Of a stretch of 64,000 nt of DNA, positions 11,321 through 24,795 are shown piece after piece. The DNA comes from Scenedesmus sp. PABB004 (taxonomy: Eukaryota): positions 124,001-188,000 of the forward strand of contig JABVCE010000005.1 in assembly GCA_014905635.1 (NCBI GenBank), written 5' to 3'. Each line of letters opens with the position of its first letter. The stretch's first letter is position 1. The notes under the pieces were generated by a model. It had not been told where the DNA came from, did not search any database, and saw nothing but the letters and a program-made list of their open reading frames with translations. Made by a program: the position numbers and the translations under genes.

Positions 11321-12292
11321 GCCTGCGCTGACGGCGGCGCGCCGCGTGGCGCGCCCCCGTGCCGTGGCGGTGGACTGGCTCGGTGCGCCTCTGTCGTGTG
11401 AACTCCCCAACCTGTGTGCCGCGCGCTGTGTGCTGGCGCGCGGCGCTGACCACGCACACTGCGTTCGTGGGCTGTGCCTGTGACTCTGTGTTCGCGAGCT
11501 GGCTTCAATCCTTGCCAACGCAAGACAAACGATTCCACCTCAGGGCTGGCTGTGTTGCGTGTGTGCGTCGTGGGCGCGCGCATCACGTCCACGCGAGGCA
11601 GGGGTGCGTCCGCACTGACAATTGCTTCTGCGTCCCAGTGCGGCCAGGCCGCGCCAGCAGCCAGGCAGCGCACCCTCGCATTGCGCCTGGGGTCAGAGTG
11701 GTCGGCCGAGCTGGTTCTGCGCGCAGGTTTCGTTGCCGGGGAGGGGAGGCGGCTCACAGAGCCCCTGGGCAGCCGTGCAGCCGTGCACGGGGCGGGGCTT
11801 GGTCAGGGTCCGGGTCTGCGGGAGCCAAGGAGAAAGTCAGGCAGGCATGGCTGCCACTTCAAATGACAATAAGAAGGGATCAGGGGGGAGGGTCGAACGG
11901 ACGTTGCGTCGGGCTCGGGCTCTCTCTCTGGGCGCGAGCAACGCATTGCTGCTCGCGCCGTGGGGCGCTGCGGGCAACCACAGGCTGGGTGCGGTGTGAG
12001 GCTGGCTGGCGCACGCAGCTGCCTGGCGGTGCTGGCTGAACACAGGCAGCAAGCTGCGGTGCTCACAGCTGCGGTGCAGGGGTCTGCGTTCGCGGCAGCA
12101 AGGGGTATGCGGCGTGCGCTAACAGAAAGGGGAGGAGGCTGTCAGACTGTCAAAGCGTGTGTGGCACGCGCGGGGCGACGGTGAGGGAGGGGAAGGGGTC
12201 CAATTGCAGGCCCGCCGCCAGCTGCGGCGAGCGCGTGTGAAAAACTCGAGGGGGCCCAACTGCGCGCCCGCGCCGCGCCGCCGCCGCGTCTC

Positions 12293-13261
12293 TCACAGGT
12301 CGGGCGCGGCGCCGCCGTACGCGCCCGCGCCGCTGAACGCGCGGCCCAGCGCGCTCAGCCAGTCAGGCGGCGCCGCGCCGCCGTCGTCGCTCGCGCGCTC
12401 GCGCCCCGCGCCCCAGCCGCCGCCGTCGTCGCGGCGCGCGGCGGCGGCCTGCCGCTGCTCCTGCTCGCGCCGCGCCGCCTCCCACTCGGCCCGCGCGGCC
12501 GCCGCCTCGGCCGCCAGCGCGCGCGCCTCGAGGCGCGCGAGGCCCTCGTCGCCGCCGCGGCCCGCGTCCGGCGCGTGGCCGAGGCCCCGCACGCCGCCCT
12601 CCTCCCTGCTGGGGACGTCTGGGTAGGGCCGGGGCGCGCCCTGGTCGCGCCCGCCGCCAAACGGGTTGCTCAGCACGCCCGGCGTGCGGCTGGCCCCGCG
12701 CGGCGCGTCCTCGGGGCGCGCACGCACGTCGGGCGCGGCCGGCGGCGCGCCCTGCGCGCCGGGGGGGGGGGGGGGGGCGGCGACGGCGGGCCCGGGGGCT
12801 GTCAGGCAACACTCCGACAGGCGCTGTGCACCCAACGCGCCCCGCGCCGCACCTCCGCAGCGAGCTCGGCCTTCAGCGCGTCCAGCCGGGCCGCCGCCTC
12901 GTCGCGGCTGCGCACGCCCATGGCCGTGCCCTGACCGCCGCCGCGCAGCGCGCCGGGCGGGTGAAAGTCGGGCGCCGACAGCTGCGCGCGGGCGGGGCGG
13001 CGCGGTCGACGGAGCGGCGCTGCCGGGCTGCTGGCGCTGGCCGCCAGCGGCCCGCGCGGCCGCACCATGACCGGCGCCGAGGGCGCGTCGGCCTCCTCCT
13101 CATCGCTGTCCGGCAGCGGCCGCCCGTGCACCGCGACGCGCACGCCGTGGCCGCCGCCGCCGCCGCGCGCGTGCTCCGCCGCCGCGCGGGCGATCTGCTG
13201 CCGCGCGTATGCGTCGCGCGCGTCCTCCGGCGCCTTGGCCGCGCGCGCGGCGGGCCTGCTG

Positions 13262-13301
<40 letters not shown>

Positions 13302-14008
13302 TGCCGCCGCCGCCGCCCAGGCCCAGCATGCCCATGATGCCTCGCCCCAGCGCTGCGACCACCTGCGGCGGCGCGCGGCGCATTGACGTCGGTGCCGGGC
13401 CTGCGGGCCGCGCAGCGCTCGCGCGGCGCCCACGGCCGCGGGCGCGCAGCGCGCGCGCGCTGCGCCCAGGCGCGGCGGCTCACGTCGCCCGCGTCTGGCG
13501 CGCGCATGGGGCGGCTGTCCGCGACGTGGAAGGGCGCGTGGCGTGCGAGCACCGCCTCCAGGTGCTCCAGCTCCTCGGCGGGCGTGCCTGCGGCGGCGGC
13601 GCGGGTCGCTCGCGAGCTGCGAGCTCGCGCGGCAGCGCGCCGCGCGCGCCGCGCGTGTGCGCGCGTGCCTTTGGGCAGCGTGACGGCGATGAAGGCCTGC
13701 GCGTCGGTGTCGTCCACGCCGGCGAAGATGAACGTCGGCGCGCCGTGCCGGTCGGCGGTGCGCAGCACGTGATTGACGGCGGTCACCGGCCAGCGCAGGC
13801 GCGCGCCCACGCTCGCGTCGAGGCGGCCGGGGCCACCGCCGCCGCCGCCGAGCGAGAGCACGAGCGGCGCATCGGCGGCGAGGCGCTCCTTGCGCCCCCG
13901 AGCGACGCGGGAGGCGGTCACGGGGCTGCTGGAGACGAACACGCGGCGTGCGCCGGCCTCCTTGAGCCGCGCCGCGTCGGCGTGCAGGCGCTCGAGCGTG
14001 CTGGCCAT
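12293..14008 (-). CDS. Hypothetical protein, spliced (about 4 exons)
   Basis: ATG at 14008 (MASTLERLHADAARLKEAG...PTFIFAGVDDTDAQAFIAVTLPK). Coding-like exons with GT/GC-AG boundaries end in ...YGGAAPDL* at 12293. No family recognised. Confidence 0.6.
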
Positions 14009-14328
14009 GGCCTGGGCTGGGCGGGCTCTCGCGGACGAAGATCGCGCGGGGGCGGCGGCGCGGGCGCTCTGGGCGGGCGGGGCCGGCGCGAGAGGTCCGC
14101 GGCCGCGGCGGGCGTGACGTCGTCGTCGCGCTTCAACGGCGCCGCTCGCGCGCAGGCACAACCGCTCACGGCTGCATGAACGCGCTCAGACCAGCCACGC
14201 GCGCGGAAAGGGGCGGGGCGCGCTGCCGCTGCAGCCGCCGCCACCCGCTGCACACCCCCGCGCCGGCGCTCGCCGCACATATGTGCGGCGAGGCCTGTAT
14301 ACAGGCCTTGCCGCCGCCGCCGCCGCCG

Positions 14329-14909
14329 CTACTTTTTGAGTCGCCGCGCCGCCTCCTCTGCCTCCTGCATCTTCTTCAGCTCCTGCGCAAACTCCTCCCG
14401 CATCTGGCGCGGCGGCGGCGGCGGCGCGTGAGCCGGCCGTGCGAGCCGCGAGCGTCGCTCGGTCGCTGCCGGCGCGCGTCTCGCTGCGCCGGGGGCGGTG
14501 CGGACGGCCCACCTTGGCGGTGTAGGTCTTGGCCTTGTCCATGATGCTCGACACGTGCTCGTCCAGCACCTTGCTGTGGTCCTTGCCTGCGCACGCGGGC
14601 GCGCGGGCGCGCGGGCGCGCGGCGTGGGCGCCCCGCGGGCGCACGCAGACACGGGCAGCCAGGCGGCGGCACCGCGGAAAAGCGGCGGCACCGCGGAAAA
14701 GCGGCGGCACCGCGGTCGGGCGGCGCGGCGGCGCGGGCGGCTGCGGGCGGCGGGCCGCGGCGGGCCGCGGCGGGCGCACTCTTCTCTGCGGCCTCCTTGG
14801 TCAGGCGGTGCGTGAAGACCGCGAAGCGCTGGAACCAGCGGCTGTTGGCCAGCGTCTCCACGAGGACCTGGTTGAGCATGTGATCCATGAGGCGCTTGAA
14901 GAACGCCAT
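14329..14909 (-). CDS. Small (~90 aa) conserved protein, possibly NCBP2-AS2-like/mitochondrial
   Basis: Three exons: MAFFKRLMDHMLNQVLVETLANSRWFQRFAVFTH...|KDHSKVLDEH...|MREEFAQELKK...LKK*. The LVExLAxS..xRxA pattern resembles the NCBP2-AS2 family (from recall). Confidence 0.65.
14663..14715 (+). repeat. 19-bp intronic tandem repeat GCGGCGGCACCGCGGAAAA, ~2.8 copies
   Basis: Directly visible. Confidence 0.85.
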
Positions 14910-15377
14910 GGCCGCCGCCGGCGCGGCGCGGCGGGCGCTGCGCCGCCGCGGCCGCTGCTGCTGCTGCGCCGGCGAGCGCCGGCTGGCCGGCGCTCTGCTA
15001 GCGCTCCCTCACGCCCGGCACTCCGGCCCGGCCCCGGGCGGCCCAGCGCCCGCGATTGGCGGGCGTGCGCTCGGCCCGCGAGGTCGCAGGCCGCGGAGGG
15101 CGCTGGAGGGCGGGCGCGGGCGGGCGGGGCGTCGGGATGCGGGGCGGGTGTGGCAGCACGCAATTGAAGTGGCGGGGGCAGGCCGACCGTGGCGCACGCG
15201 GCGGCAGCGGCGCAGGCGGCGCCGGAGCCCTGACGATGGCCGCTCGCGACGGGCTCCGCGGCGCCGGGCCCGCCAGGGCCTCCACGGTGGCGAGTGCTGC
15301 CTGCGTCGACGGCGCCGCCAGAGGATTGGAGAGTGTAGTAGTCTGCGAGGGAGCGGCTGGCCGGCAGCCCGCGCGGC

Positions 15378-16589
15378 TCAGCGGACGGCCGGCTCGCGCG
15401 CGTCGGCGCGGCGCCAGTCGCGCTGCGCGGCGCTCCAGGCGTAGCGCGCCTCGGCGCTCGCGGCGCGCCGCGCGGCAGAGTCGGGCTCCTGCGCCTCCAG
15501 CAGGAACGCCAGGCAGCGCCGCATGTCTGCGCCGTGCGCGGCCGACCTCGGCGGCCGGCCGGGGCGGCCGGAGCCGCCGCGCGACCCGCGGCACGCGGCG
15601 CACCGTCTGCAAACCAGGGCGGCTCGTGGCGCGGGCTGGTGCTCATCACTGACAGCAGCGCGTCGTCGGGGAGGGCGAGCAGGCGCTCAAAGCCCAGCGC
15701 CTCCCAGCTGGGCACCACGGGGTCGAACGCCGGCAGCACGAGCTGCTGCCGCGCGGCACACCACATGTTGACCAATCTGCTGCCACAGGAGCCCCTGGCG
15801 GCGGGCGGGCGGGCGGGCGGGCGGGCGGGCTTCGGCGGGCGGGCCGCGGGCGGCGCCGCCGCGCGGCGCCCCTGCGGCGTGCCTGCAGTGCTGCGCCGCA
15901 AAGCGCCGCGCCAGCTCCGGCCCGCGCGCCGCAAACGTCGAGGGGCGCGGCGTGTGGGTGGCGGTGTCGAGCGCCAGCGCACACGCGCGGGGCCGGCCGT
16001 CCGGCGCCGTGTTGGCGGCGCTGACGCAGCAAAGTGCGAGCTCCACGGTCACGTCAGGAAGTGCGGCCACCGCCGCCAGCAGCGCCTGCGCGGTCGCGGG
16101 GCCGAGGCCGCGCGGCTCGGCGAAGCCGCCCGCCATGAACAGCGCCGGCCGCCGCATCGCGCGCAGCAGCTGGCTGCCCAGCAGCGCGAGGTCGTCCGCT
16201 GCGAGGGCCGAGTCGAGGTGCGCTGCGGCGGTGCACGGGCGCGCGGGTGGCGGCGCCGTCGGCGCGCGGCGCGCGCGGCGGCGACGCTGTGCACAGCCGA
16301 CGCCTGCAGCTCGCGCACCCGCCCACACGAGCTTCGTCTCCCGGCACGCGGCGACCGCGATCACGCACGTCGTGGCGTCCTGCGAGCCCACGACCAGGCC
16401 GGGCAGCTGCGCCGCGTCGACGGCCGCGCACTCGCCCTGGAGCAGGCAGAGCGATGGCGCGTCCGGCGGCGGCGGCGAGCGCTCCGCGCTCTGCAGGAAT
16501 GCCGCGCACGCCGCCGCCAGCGTCGGGTGCTCCAGGACGGCGTCGAGCGAGAGAGCGTCGTCCACGGGCTCGCCCCCCACGGTGATCAT
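15378..16589 (-). CDS. NTAN1: Protein N-terminal asparagine amidohydrolase (N-degron pathway)
   Basis: Motifs LLQGE, VGSQDATTCVI, AHLD and STSPRHEPPWF. ATG at 16589, stop at 15378-15380. Confidence 0.88.
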
Positions 16590-17128
16590 TGCGGGGTGCG
16601 CGGCGGGCGCGGGCGCCGCCGGCGCTGCTGCTGCTGCTGCTGCGAGGGGCCCGTCTGGCGAGCGCGGGCTGCCTGGGCGCGGCCAACACGCTGACGGTGA
16701 GGGGGAGGACGCAGGCCGAGTTGCCGCGCGCCGGCGGCGCGGCGGTTCGGGGCTGCGCTTGCCGCTGCGCGAGCCGCGCGCCGCGCTGCGGTCTGGGTTG
16801 TTAAGCAGATGGCCAGGTGGCGCGGGGCCGCGTCCGGCGGCGCGCCACGCGCCGCACAAGGGTGGGCGCGGGCGGGCGGCCCGGCGCGCGGGCGCGCGCA
16901 GGCGTGCCGCCCGCGTGGGGCGCACTGCTGCGGCACACACCCCCGCGGCGCCGGGCCGGGCCGCGGCAGACAATGACAGTGCTGGCACGCCCCCGCCCCT
17001 CGTCGTCTAGAGCACACACGCACGCCGCTCCCCCCGCGCCGCCCCCGCTCGCCCCGCGCACGCCGCCGCGCCCGCGCGCCGCGGCCCCGCCGCGGCCGCG
17101 CGGGCGGGCGGGCGTGTGGGCCGCGCGC

Positions 17129-19076
17129 TCACTTGCTCGGCACCTTGGCGCCCGTGGTGGGCAGGCCGGCGGCGACCTTGAACGCGTCGTAGATGCCCCA
17201 CTGCGCGCGGGCACGGACAGCGCGGACGACGCGGCGGCCGCGTGAGCCCCGGCGCGCGCGCGCCGCCCCTGCTGGCCCCCTCCCGCGCCGCGCCGCGCCG
17301 CGCCGCCGGCGGCGCCAGCCCGCGCGCGCCCTCCGCAGCGCGCGCGCGCGTTCGCCTTGCCTGCAGGCCGGTGAGGGTGCCGATCATGATGATGCGCAGG
17401 CCGAGGCCGCGCGTGAAGAGGGCGTACCACCCCATCTGGCGCACGATGTCGCCCGCGGTCGCGCCCTTCTGCGCGTTGAGCTTGGACACCAGGTTGTCGG
17501 CGGGGTGGCTCACGACGGCGCAGAACACGCCCGCGATGTAGCCCGCCGCAAAGCTCACGGTCAGCTGCTCGCGCTTGGTGCACTGCTCGCGCGGCTTGGG
17601 CACCACGTACTTGTACAGCGCGACGACGGTGTTCTCAAACGCGCCAAACTTCATCATCGTGTAGGGAATCTGGCGGCACCACAGCGGCACGAGGCTCTTG
17701 AACAGCCTGCGGCGCGGGAGGCGCGCGCGCGGCGCGGCGCGGCGCGCGGGCGGCATGCAGCGTCGGGCGGCGTGCGGCGGCGTGCGGCGGTGTGCGGTGG
17801 CGGCGGGGTGGCCCGAGCGGACGCCGGGCGGCAAGCGCGCGGCGCGGCGCGGCGCGGCGCGGCGCGGCGCGGCGTGGCACGCACGTGCCGAAGCCCTCCT
17901 GCTGGATGAGCTTGGGCATGCCGTCGGAGAGGCCCTTGGCGAAGCCGGGGCGCGTCTGCACCGCGACCTTGACCGCCTCAAAGGGCGAGAGGGCCATGTC
18001 GGCAAAGAACTCGGCGCTCGCGCTGCCGGCGAGGAAGATGACGGTCTGGTACTTGGCCACCAGCTCCTCGCCCGCCATGTCCGCGTACGTCCTGCGCGGG
18101 CGCGGCAGGGCGGGAGGGAGCGAGCGCGGGAGGGAGCGAGGGAGGGAGTCAGCGAGGGCGGGCGGTCGCGGGGGGCGTGTGGGCGCGGGCGGCCGCCACG
18201 CGCCGGCGCGCGGCGCGGCGCGGGCAGGCTCAGGGGCAGGCGAGCGGTGGTGAGGGGGTGCGCAGCGCTAGGCAGCGCTAACGCGGGGCCTCACTTCTTG
18301 AAGTACTCGTACAGCCCAAACTTGAACGCGCCCTGCGCGCTGTAGCCGAGCAGCGTCGGCAGCCAACCGCGGAACAGCCCCGCCGCGCCCTGCTCCTTGA
18401 GCAGCACGCTGAAGCCGGTGCTGATGCCCTTGTACTTCCCGGGGTCGGTCTGGATGTTGCACTTGACCACGTCCAGCGGCGTCACGGCCGTGTGCGTCGC
18501 GCCGCCTGCGGAGCGCGGGCGCGCCGGCGTTCGAGGGCGGCGGCGGCGGTCAACGCGGGCGCGCCGTGGCCCGCGCGTCGCGATGCGGGGCCCCCCATGC
18601 CGCGCCCCCGGTCCCCCGGCGGGGCGCCGGCGCGCTGCTCGGGCGCTAGGGCTGCTGCTCGGGCGCTGCCGGGGCGGCGCGGGCGTGCGCCGCGCCCCCG
18701 CCGCGACGTGGGACGCTGCTGGGCCGCGGCCCGCCCCAGATCCGGCGCGATCGGGTCGCCCGGGCGCTCCTGCGCCGCGCCCGGGCGTGCCGGCCGGCCC
18801 GCCCCGGCCGCAACCGCCGCGCTCACAGCTCACGACGCCGCCCAGGGCGCAGGTCATGTAGTACTCCGGGCTGTACATCTTGATACCGCCCTCCGCGGGC
18901 GCGGGTGCGACGACCGTGCTGCTGCGCGCCAGGCTGTTGCCCATCGCGCTCGCGATCGCGGCCGGCAGGCTCGCGCCCGGCGCCTGCTGCTCGCGGTGCT
19001 TGCTGTTCATGCTCGCCAGCGCCGCGCCAAACGGGCTGGCGCCGCCCCAGAGGGCCGCGAGGGGCTGGGGCGCCAT
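17129..19076 (-). CDS. MPT: Mitochondrial phosphate carrier (SLC25A3/MIR1 family)
   Basis: YYMTCALGGVVSC, THTAVTPLDVVKC, GWLPTLLGYSAQGAFKFGLYEYFKK, SASAEFFADMALSPFEAVKV, PLWCRQIPYTMMKF, SHPADNLVSKLN, RIIMIGTLTGLQWGIYDAFKV. Confidence 0.95.
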
Positions 19077-19301
19077 CGCGGGGTGCTGCTGCTGCTGCGC
19101 GGCGGCGGCAGGGGGCGGGCTGCCGGGACGGCGCCGGAGCGAGCACGGACTGCTGCCGGGGCGGCGGGCGGCGTCGAGCTCGCGCAGTCGCGCTTGGTGC
19201 CCGGGCAGCTCGCCGGTCGGTGGGGCACAACCCGGCGTCAACACACTGCGCGGGCCGCGCGGGTGCGTTCACGGCGCCGCCAGCGCGATCGCGACGCGGC
19301 C

Positions 19302-22201
19302 ATGCTGCACCTGCGCGCCGCGCTGCGCTGCCGCGGCGCGCCGGCGACAGCGGCGGCGGCGGCGGCGGCGCGCCGGGCCTTCGCCCGGCTGCCGCGCCTG
19401 GAGGACCTGCCGGACGCGCACCTGCTGCCCACGGTGGGTGGCGCAGCGTGCTGGCCGGTGGCCGCCGGGCGCCGCACAGCGGCAGCGGCGCTCGCCGACG
19501 ACGAGCCCGCGGCGGCCCGCGCGCGCGCGTGCAGGTCGCGCTGGTGGGCCGGCCCAACGTGGGCAAGTCGGCGCTGTTCAACCGCCTCGTGCGCAAGCGC
19601 GACGCGCTGGTGCGCCGCCGCGCCACGCGCCCAGGCCGCCGCGGCTCGGTCGTCGCCTCGGCCCACCGCTGGCTCCCTCCGCCCGGCCGCGGCGGCCGCG
19701 CAGGTGTTTGACACGCCCGGCGGCCACGTGACGCGCGACTACCGGGAGGGCCTGGGCGGCCTGGCGGACCTGTCCTTCCGCGTCGTGGACACGTCGGGCC
19801 TCGAGCCCGGCGCGCCGGCACCGACGCTGCAGGGCCGCGCCGCGGCGCTCACGCGCGGCGTGCTGCGCGGCAGCAGCGTGGTGCTTATGCTGCTGGACGC
19901 GCGGTGCGGGGCGCGCGCGTGCGTGCGTGCGTGCGTGCGTGCGAGGCGCCGCGCGCGGCCCGGCGGCGCGCCGACGGGCGGCCCACCGCCACGCCCGCCG
20001 CGCGGCGCGCAGGCAGGGCGTGGTGGCGGCGGACGAGGCACTGCTGGCGTGGCTGCGCGTCAACAGCACCGCGCCGCTCATGCTTCTCGCAAACAAGGCC
20101 GACACCGCGGCCGGCAGCAGCAGTGAGCGGCGCGCCTGGGGACGAGCTGGGAGGCACGGCGCAGCAGCGGCGGCGCCGGGGCGGCGTGCGCGACTGCCGC
20201 GCCGCGCCGCGCCGCGCCGCGCCGCAGACCTGGATCAGGTTCAGGCCGACCTGGCGGGCCTGGGCGCCGACCCCGCCACGCCCATCAGCGCAACGAGCGG
20301 CGAGGGCATGGCCGACCTGTACAACCTGCTGCGGCCGATCGTGGACGCGGCGGAGCAGCAGCGGGGGCGGCCGCCGCCGGCGAGGCAGCCGGCGCGCGGC
20401 GCGGCGGCGCTGCCGGCGCGTGAGCCGGCGCCGGCGCAGCAGGCGCGCGACGAGGCGGCGGCTGCGTCCACGGCCGCGGCGGCGGAGGAGGCGGAGGTGG
20501 AGCGGCTGGTCGCGGAGGCGCTCGCCGCGCAGGGCAGCGACTCGGACGCGGACGCGGACGCCGGCGACGCGACGCGCGGCGCTGCTGCGACACGCAGCGC
20601 CCGCGCCGCAGCGCCAGACGGCGGCGGCGGCGGGGGCTCGCAGCTGCAGCAGCAGCAGGACGGCGAGGAGGACGAGGGGCGCAGCGACGAGGCCGCGGCG
20701 GCGGCGCTGGGCCCGCTGCGGCTCGCCATCCTGGGCCTGCCCAACGCGGGCAAGAGCACGCTCATGAATGCCCTGCTCGGCTACGAGCGCAGCCTCACGG
20801 GTGCGGCCGCGAGCACACGGCGCGGCGTTGCGCTGCGCGGGCGGCGCGCACACGTGTGCGCGCGCAGGTGCGGGGGCCGAGCCGTGCCCGCGCGTCGCCG
20901 CAGGCCCCGAGCCCGGGCTCACGCGCGACCCGACCACCGGCTGGCTGCGCCACGGCCGGTTGGACGTGCAGCTGGTCGACACGGCGGGCTGGAAGCGGGC
21001 CGGCGCGGCGCACCCGACGCAGGGCCCCACCGCGCCGCCGCCGGCGCAGGCGCAGGCGCAGGCGCCGCAGGGCGGCCGCGGCGGCGACGGCAATGGCGGC
21101 GAGCGCCCGCTGGCCAAGCAGCTGGCGGACGCTTCGCTCGCGCAGGCGCGGCGCGCGCTGGGCGCGGCGCACGTGGCGGTCCTGCTGCTGGACGCGCCGC
21201 GCCTGCTGGAGGTCGGCCAGGTGACGCGCGGCGCGCAGCCAGCGGCGCGCAGCCAGCGGCGCTCGGGGCCGCCGCGCGGCTGGGCCCGGCCGAGCCCCGA
21301 CCTGGCTGACGCCGGCCGCCGCTGGGCTGCCGCGGCAGGCGATCACGCGCCTGGAGCTGCAGCTCGCGGGCCTCGCGCTCGCGCAGGGCAAGGCGCTGGT
21401 GGTCGGCCTAAACAAGGCCGACGCCGTGCCGGGCGGCGCGCGCGGCGCCGAGGCGCTGCGGGAGCGCGTCACGGAGCTGCTCGAGGCGCGCTTCCTGCCC
21501 GCGGGGCGCCTGCCCGTGCTGGGCCTCAGCGCGCTGACCGGCGACGGCGCGGCCGCGCTGCTCGACGCCGCGGTCGCCGCGTACGCCGCCTGGAACCGCC
21601 GGTGGGGCGCGCCGCGGCGGCGCAGGGGCGGGCGGGGAGCGGCGGGCGGCGCGCGCCGGGCGCTGGAGCCCAGGCGCGGGCGGCGCGGCTGGCCCGGCCC
21701 GGCGCCAAACCCCGACCCCGCCGCCGCCGCGCCGCGCGCTGCGCGCGCCCGCCCCCGGCGGCGGCGCAGGGTGTCGTCGTGGAGGCTGCGCGCCGCGCTG
21801 GCCAAGCAGTCGCTGCGCTTCTACGGCAGCGGCGGCAGCGGCGCGCTGCTCGGCCGCGTCAAGTGGGCGGCGCAGCTCAAGGCGCGGCCGCCGACGTTTG
21901 TGCTGCTCCTGCGCGGCGCCGACGAGGTCGACGAGGGCGGGCAGCGCTTCCTCGCCAACGTGCTGCGCGCGAGCCTGCACCTGGAGGGCGTGCCGCTGCG
22001 CCTGTACCTGCGGTGAGCGCCGGGCCGCCGCGCGCGCCCGGCAGACGGCAGCGGGCAGCGGGCGCGCCCGCGGCGGGCGCGCAGCCAGCGGCCCCACGAG
22101 CGCCGACGCGCCGCCGCCGGCGCCGCCGCAGGTACAACAAGCGGCAGCGGCAGCCAGTAGCGGCGGCGCGGGGCCCGCAGCGCCGCGGCCGGCGGCGATG
22201 A
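19302..22201 (+). CDS. der: Ribosome biogenesis GTPase Der/EngA (organellar, probably mitochondrial)
   Basis: Two G domains: GRPNVGKS..TRD..DTSG..NKAD and GLPNAGKS..TRD..DTAG..NKAD. C-terminal KH-like QLKARPPTFV...LEGVPLRL. Arg/Ala-rich N-terminal presequence. Confidence 0.92.
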
Positions 22202-22348
22202 GCTCGAGCGGGCGACGCGCGGCTGGGGGCACAGCTCGAGCGGCCGCGCGCACGCGCGCGCGTGTGACGGCGATCCGCCCGGTTGCCCGCCGCGCCGCGC
22301 GCCCAGCCGGCGCGCGCCCGCGGCCGAGGCCCCGCGCAGCCTGCCGCG

Positions 22349-24795
22349 TCACAGGAAGCCCGTGCCGCGCGGGCGCAGGCGCGTCACGGGCGGCGGCGGC
22401 GCGCCGTCGGCGGCGGCATAGTCGTCCACCAGGTCTGCCAGGCAGGTCGCCGCTTCGTCAAAGCCGCCAGGGTCCATGTACTCCGTGTAGTGGTGCTGGA
22501 ACAGCCTGGGGGGCACATGCGGCGCGGCGCGGCGCGTGCGGGCGCGGCGCGCGGGCGCGGGGCGCGCGTGGGCGTGCGGGCGCGCGGGACGGCGTTTCGA
22601 GGAGGTGCCGCGAGCGGGTCAGGGAGGGCGGGGCGGCGGCGCGCCGTCCCACGCGCGGTGCGGAGCGCGGGCCGCACCGGCGGCTGTGGAGCTTGTGGAA
22701 GCGGGCGAGCAGGCTGGCAAAGGTGCCGCCGATGCCGGCGTTGTTGGAGAGGCAGAGCAGCGAGTAGGGCAGCCCCACCGGCGGCGCGGCGCAGTGCCCG
22801 AGCTTGAAGCCCTGCGCGGCGCGCGACGCGTGGGCGCGCGCGCGCCGCGCGCGCGCGGCCGCCGCCGCCGGGCCGCCCCGGGGCGGGCGCGCCGCTGGGC
22901 GGGCCGCCGCGCCGCGCGGCGCGGCGCGCACCTCCGTGTTCCAGTGCGCCATGCGCAGCCCGGGGCGCAGGCGCGCGAGGTTGCGGTTGGCGTCGCTGAG
23001 GCTCAGCGCGCCGCGCAGCATGAGCGCGGTCGCGAGGCTCGTGTGGGCCCGGGGGTCGGCCGAGAGCAGCTGGCTCTCGCGGGAGAAGGCGTCGCTGAAG
23101 AGCTGCGGAGGCAGGGCAGTGCGTGCGGGGGACCAGGGCAGGGGTGTGAAAGGCGGGCGGGCGGGTTGACGGCGCGCGCGCAGGCCAGCACAGCACAGCG
23201 CATGCACGGGCCTCGACCAAGCGCGCCTGGTCGACGCCGCGCGGCGCCGCCCGCGCGGCGAGGTCGCGCGGCGCCGCGAGCGGCGCGAGCGAGGAGAGCA
23301 GGAAGTGCATGCGCGGGAACGGCACCTGCGCGGCGGCGGACGCGGCGGGAGGGCGTTTGTGGCGTCGCCGCGCCACGCGCCGCGCCCCGCCGCGCGGGGC
23401 CCCTGGCCGACCCCTCCCCTCCCTCCCCTCCCTCTCCCGAGTCCCTAAACCTCTCGTACCAGGTTCATGGTGATGTCGTTGAGGTCGGTGTTGAGGCTGC
23501 CCTCGAAGCGCACGCTGCTGGTGAGGTGCAGCAGCAGGCTCGCCGCGATGCCGTTGACTGCGTCCCAGCTCGCCGCGCCGCCGCCGCGGCCGGGCGCGGC
23601 GGACGCGCCCGGCGCCGGCGCGGCGCCGCCGCCCCTGGCCGCGAGGCGCGCCGCGATGCCCTGCAGCGCCGCGTTCTCGACGGGCAACACGCAGCTCGCG
23701 GCGCCGACGAGCTGCGCCGCGGCGAGCGTGGCGTTGTAGGGCGACGTCACGACGTCGTCGTCGGCGGAGGGGAAGACGGGCGCGGAGAAGCGGAAGACGT
23801 CAGGGAACTCCTCCTGACGCACGCGGGCACACGCGCGGCGGGTTGAGAGCGTGCGTGCGTGCGTGCGGGCGGGCGGGCGGGCGGGCGGGCGGGCGGCAGC
23901 ACACATACGCAGCACGCGCGCGCGGGTCAGAGCCGGGCGCGGCGGCGGCAGGGGCCCAGATGCGCGCGGCGGCACGCACGCACACGCAAGCACGCGCAGG
24001 CACCCGCCCGCGCACCTGCATGAGGCGCAGCAGGTAGGTGCCCAGCCCGCTGCCGGTGCCGCCGCCGAGCGAGTGGAGCAGCAGGAAGCCCTGCAGGCTG
24101 TCGGCCGCCTCCGCCGCGGCGCGCAGCTGCTCCAGCAGGGGCTCGCGGTACTGCGCGCCGTAGCCGTGGTGCCCGTGCGCCCAGTTGTTGCCCGCGCCGC
24201 TCACGTCGTAGAGCAGCTGCTGCCCGTCAAACAGCTCCGCCAGCGGGCCCTGCGCGCCGCGGCGCGCGCGCAGCCGGCGGCCGATCGCGCGGTCGGCGCC
24301 GGGCCGCCCCGCAGCTGGCGCCCGCTTGCCCCGCCGCCGCTGGAACCCCCCGTCGCCGCTGCTCGCTGCCTCCGCCGCTCGCGCGGCCCCCGCCGCCCGC
24401 GCCGGCGCCACGCCTTGAGCATGCTCTGAATGACGCCCTCCTCCATGTCCACCACCACGGCGCGCGCCTTGAGCGTGCGGATGGGCCCCCCGCCCGGCGC
24501 GACCGGCAGGTTGCTGCGCGCGGGGCACACGCAGGGGCGCGCGCGGCGCGTCGGCCGCGGCGGCGGCGGCGGCGGGCCGTCGCGCGGCGGGCCATCGCGC
24601 GGCGGCGGGGGCGCGCGGCGCGCACATCGGCGGCTCGTGCCGCGCGTCGACGTTGCGGAAGAAGCTGCTGAGCGCGTCGTCGTAGAGGCCGGCGGGGTTG
24701 TACGCCGCGTGCTCGCGCAGCGCGAGCTCCCAGAAGCGGCAGCCGACCTGGTTGCCGCACTGCCCGACCTGCACCGTCACCAGCTCGCGCGGCAT
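22349..24795 (-). CDS. TUBE1: Epsilon-tubulin
   Basis: [102 protein letters not shown]. These are epsilon-type signatures. Confidence 0.95.

Noticed and set aside
11321..12290. Lower-GC stretch with several 70-226 aa ORFs
   Set aside because: No protein-like motifs or codon bias. Best explained as the 3' UTRs of two convergent genes.
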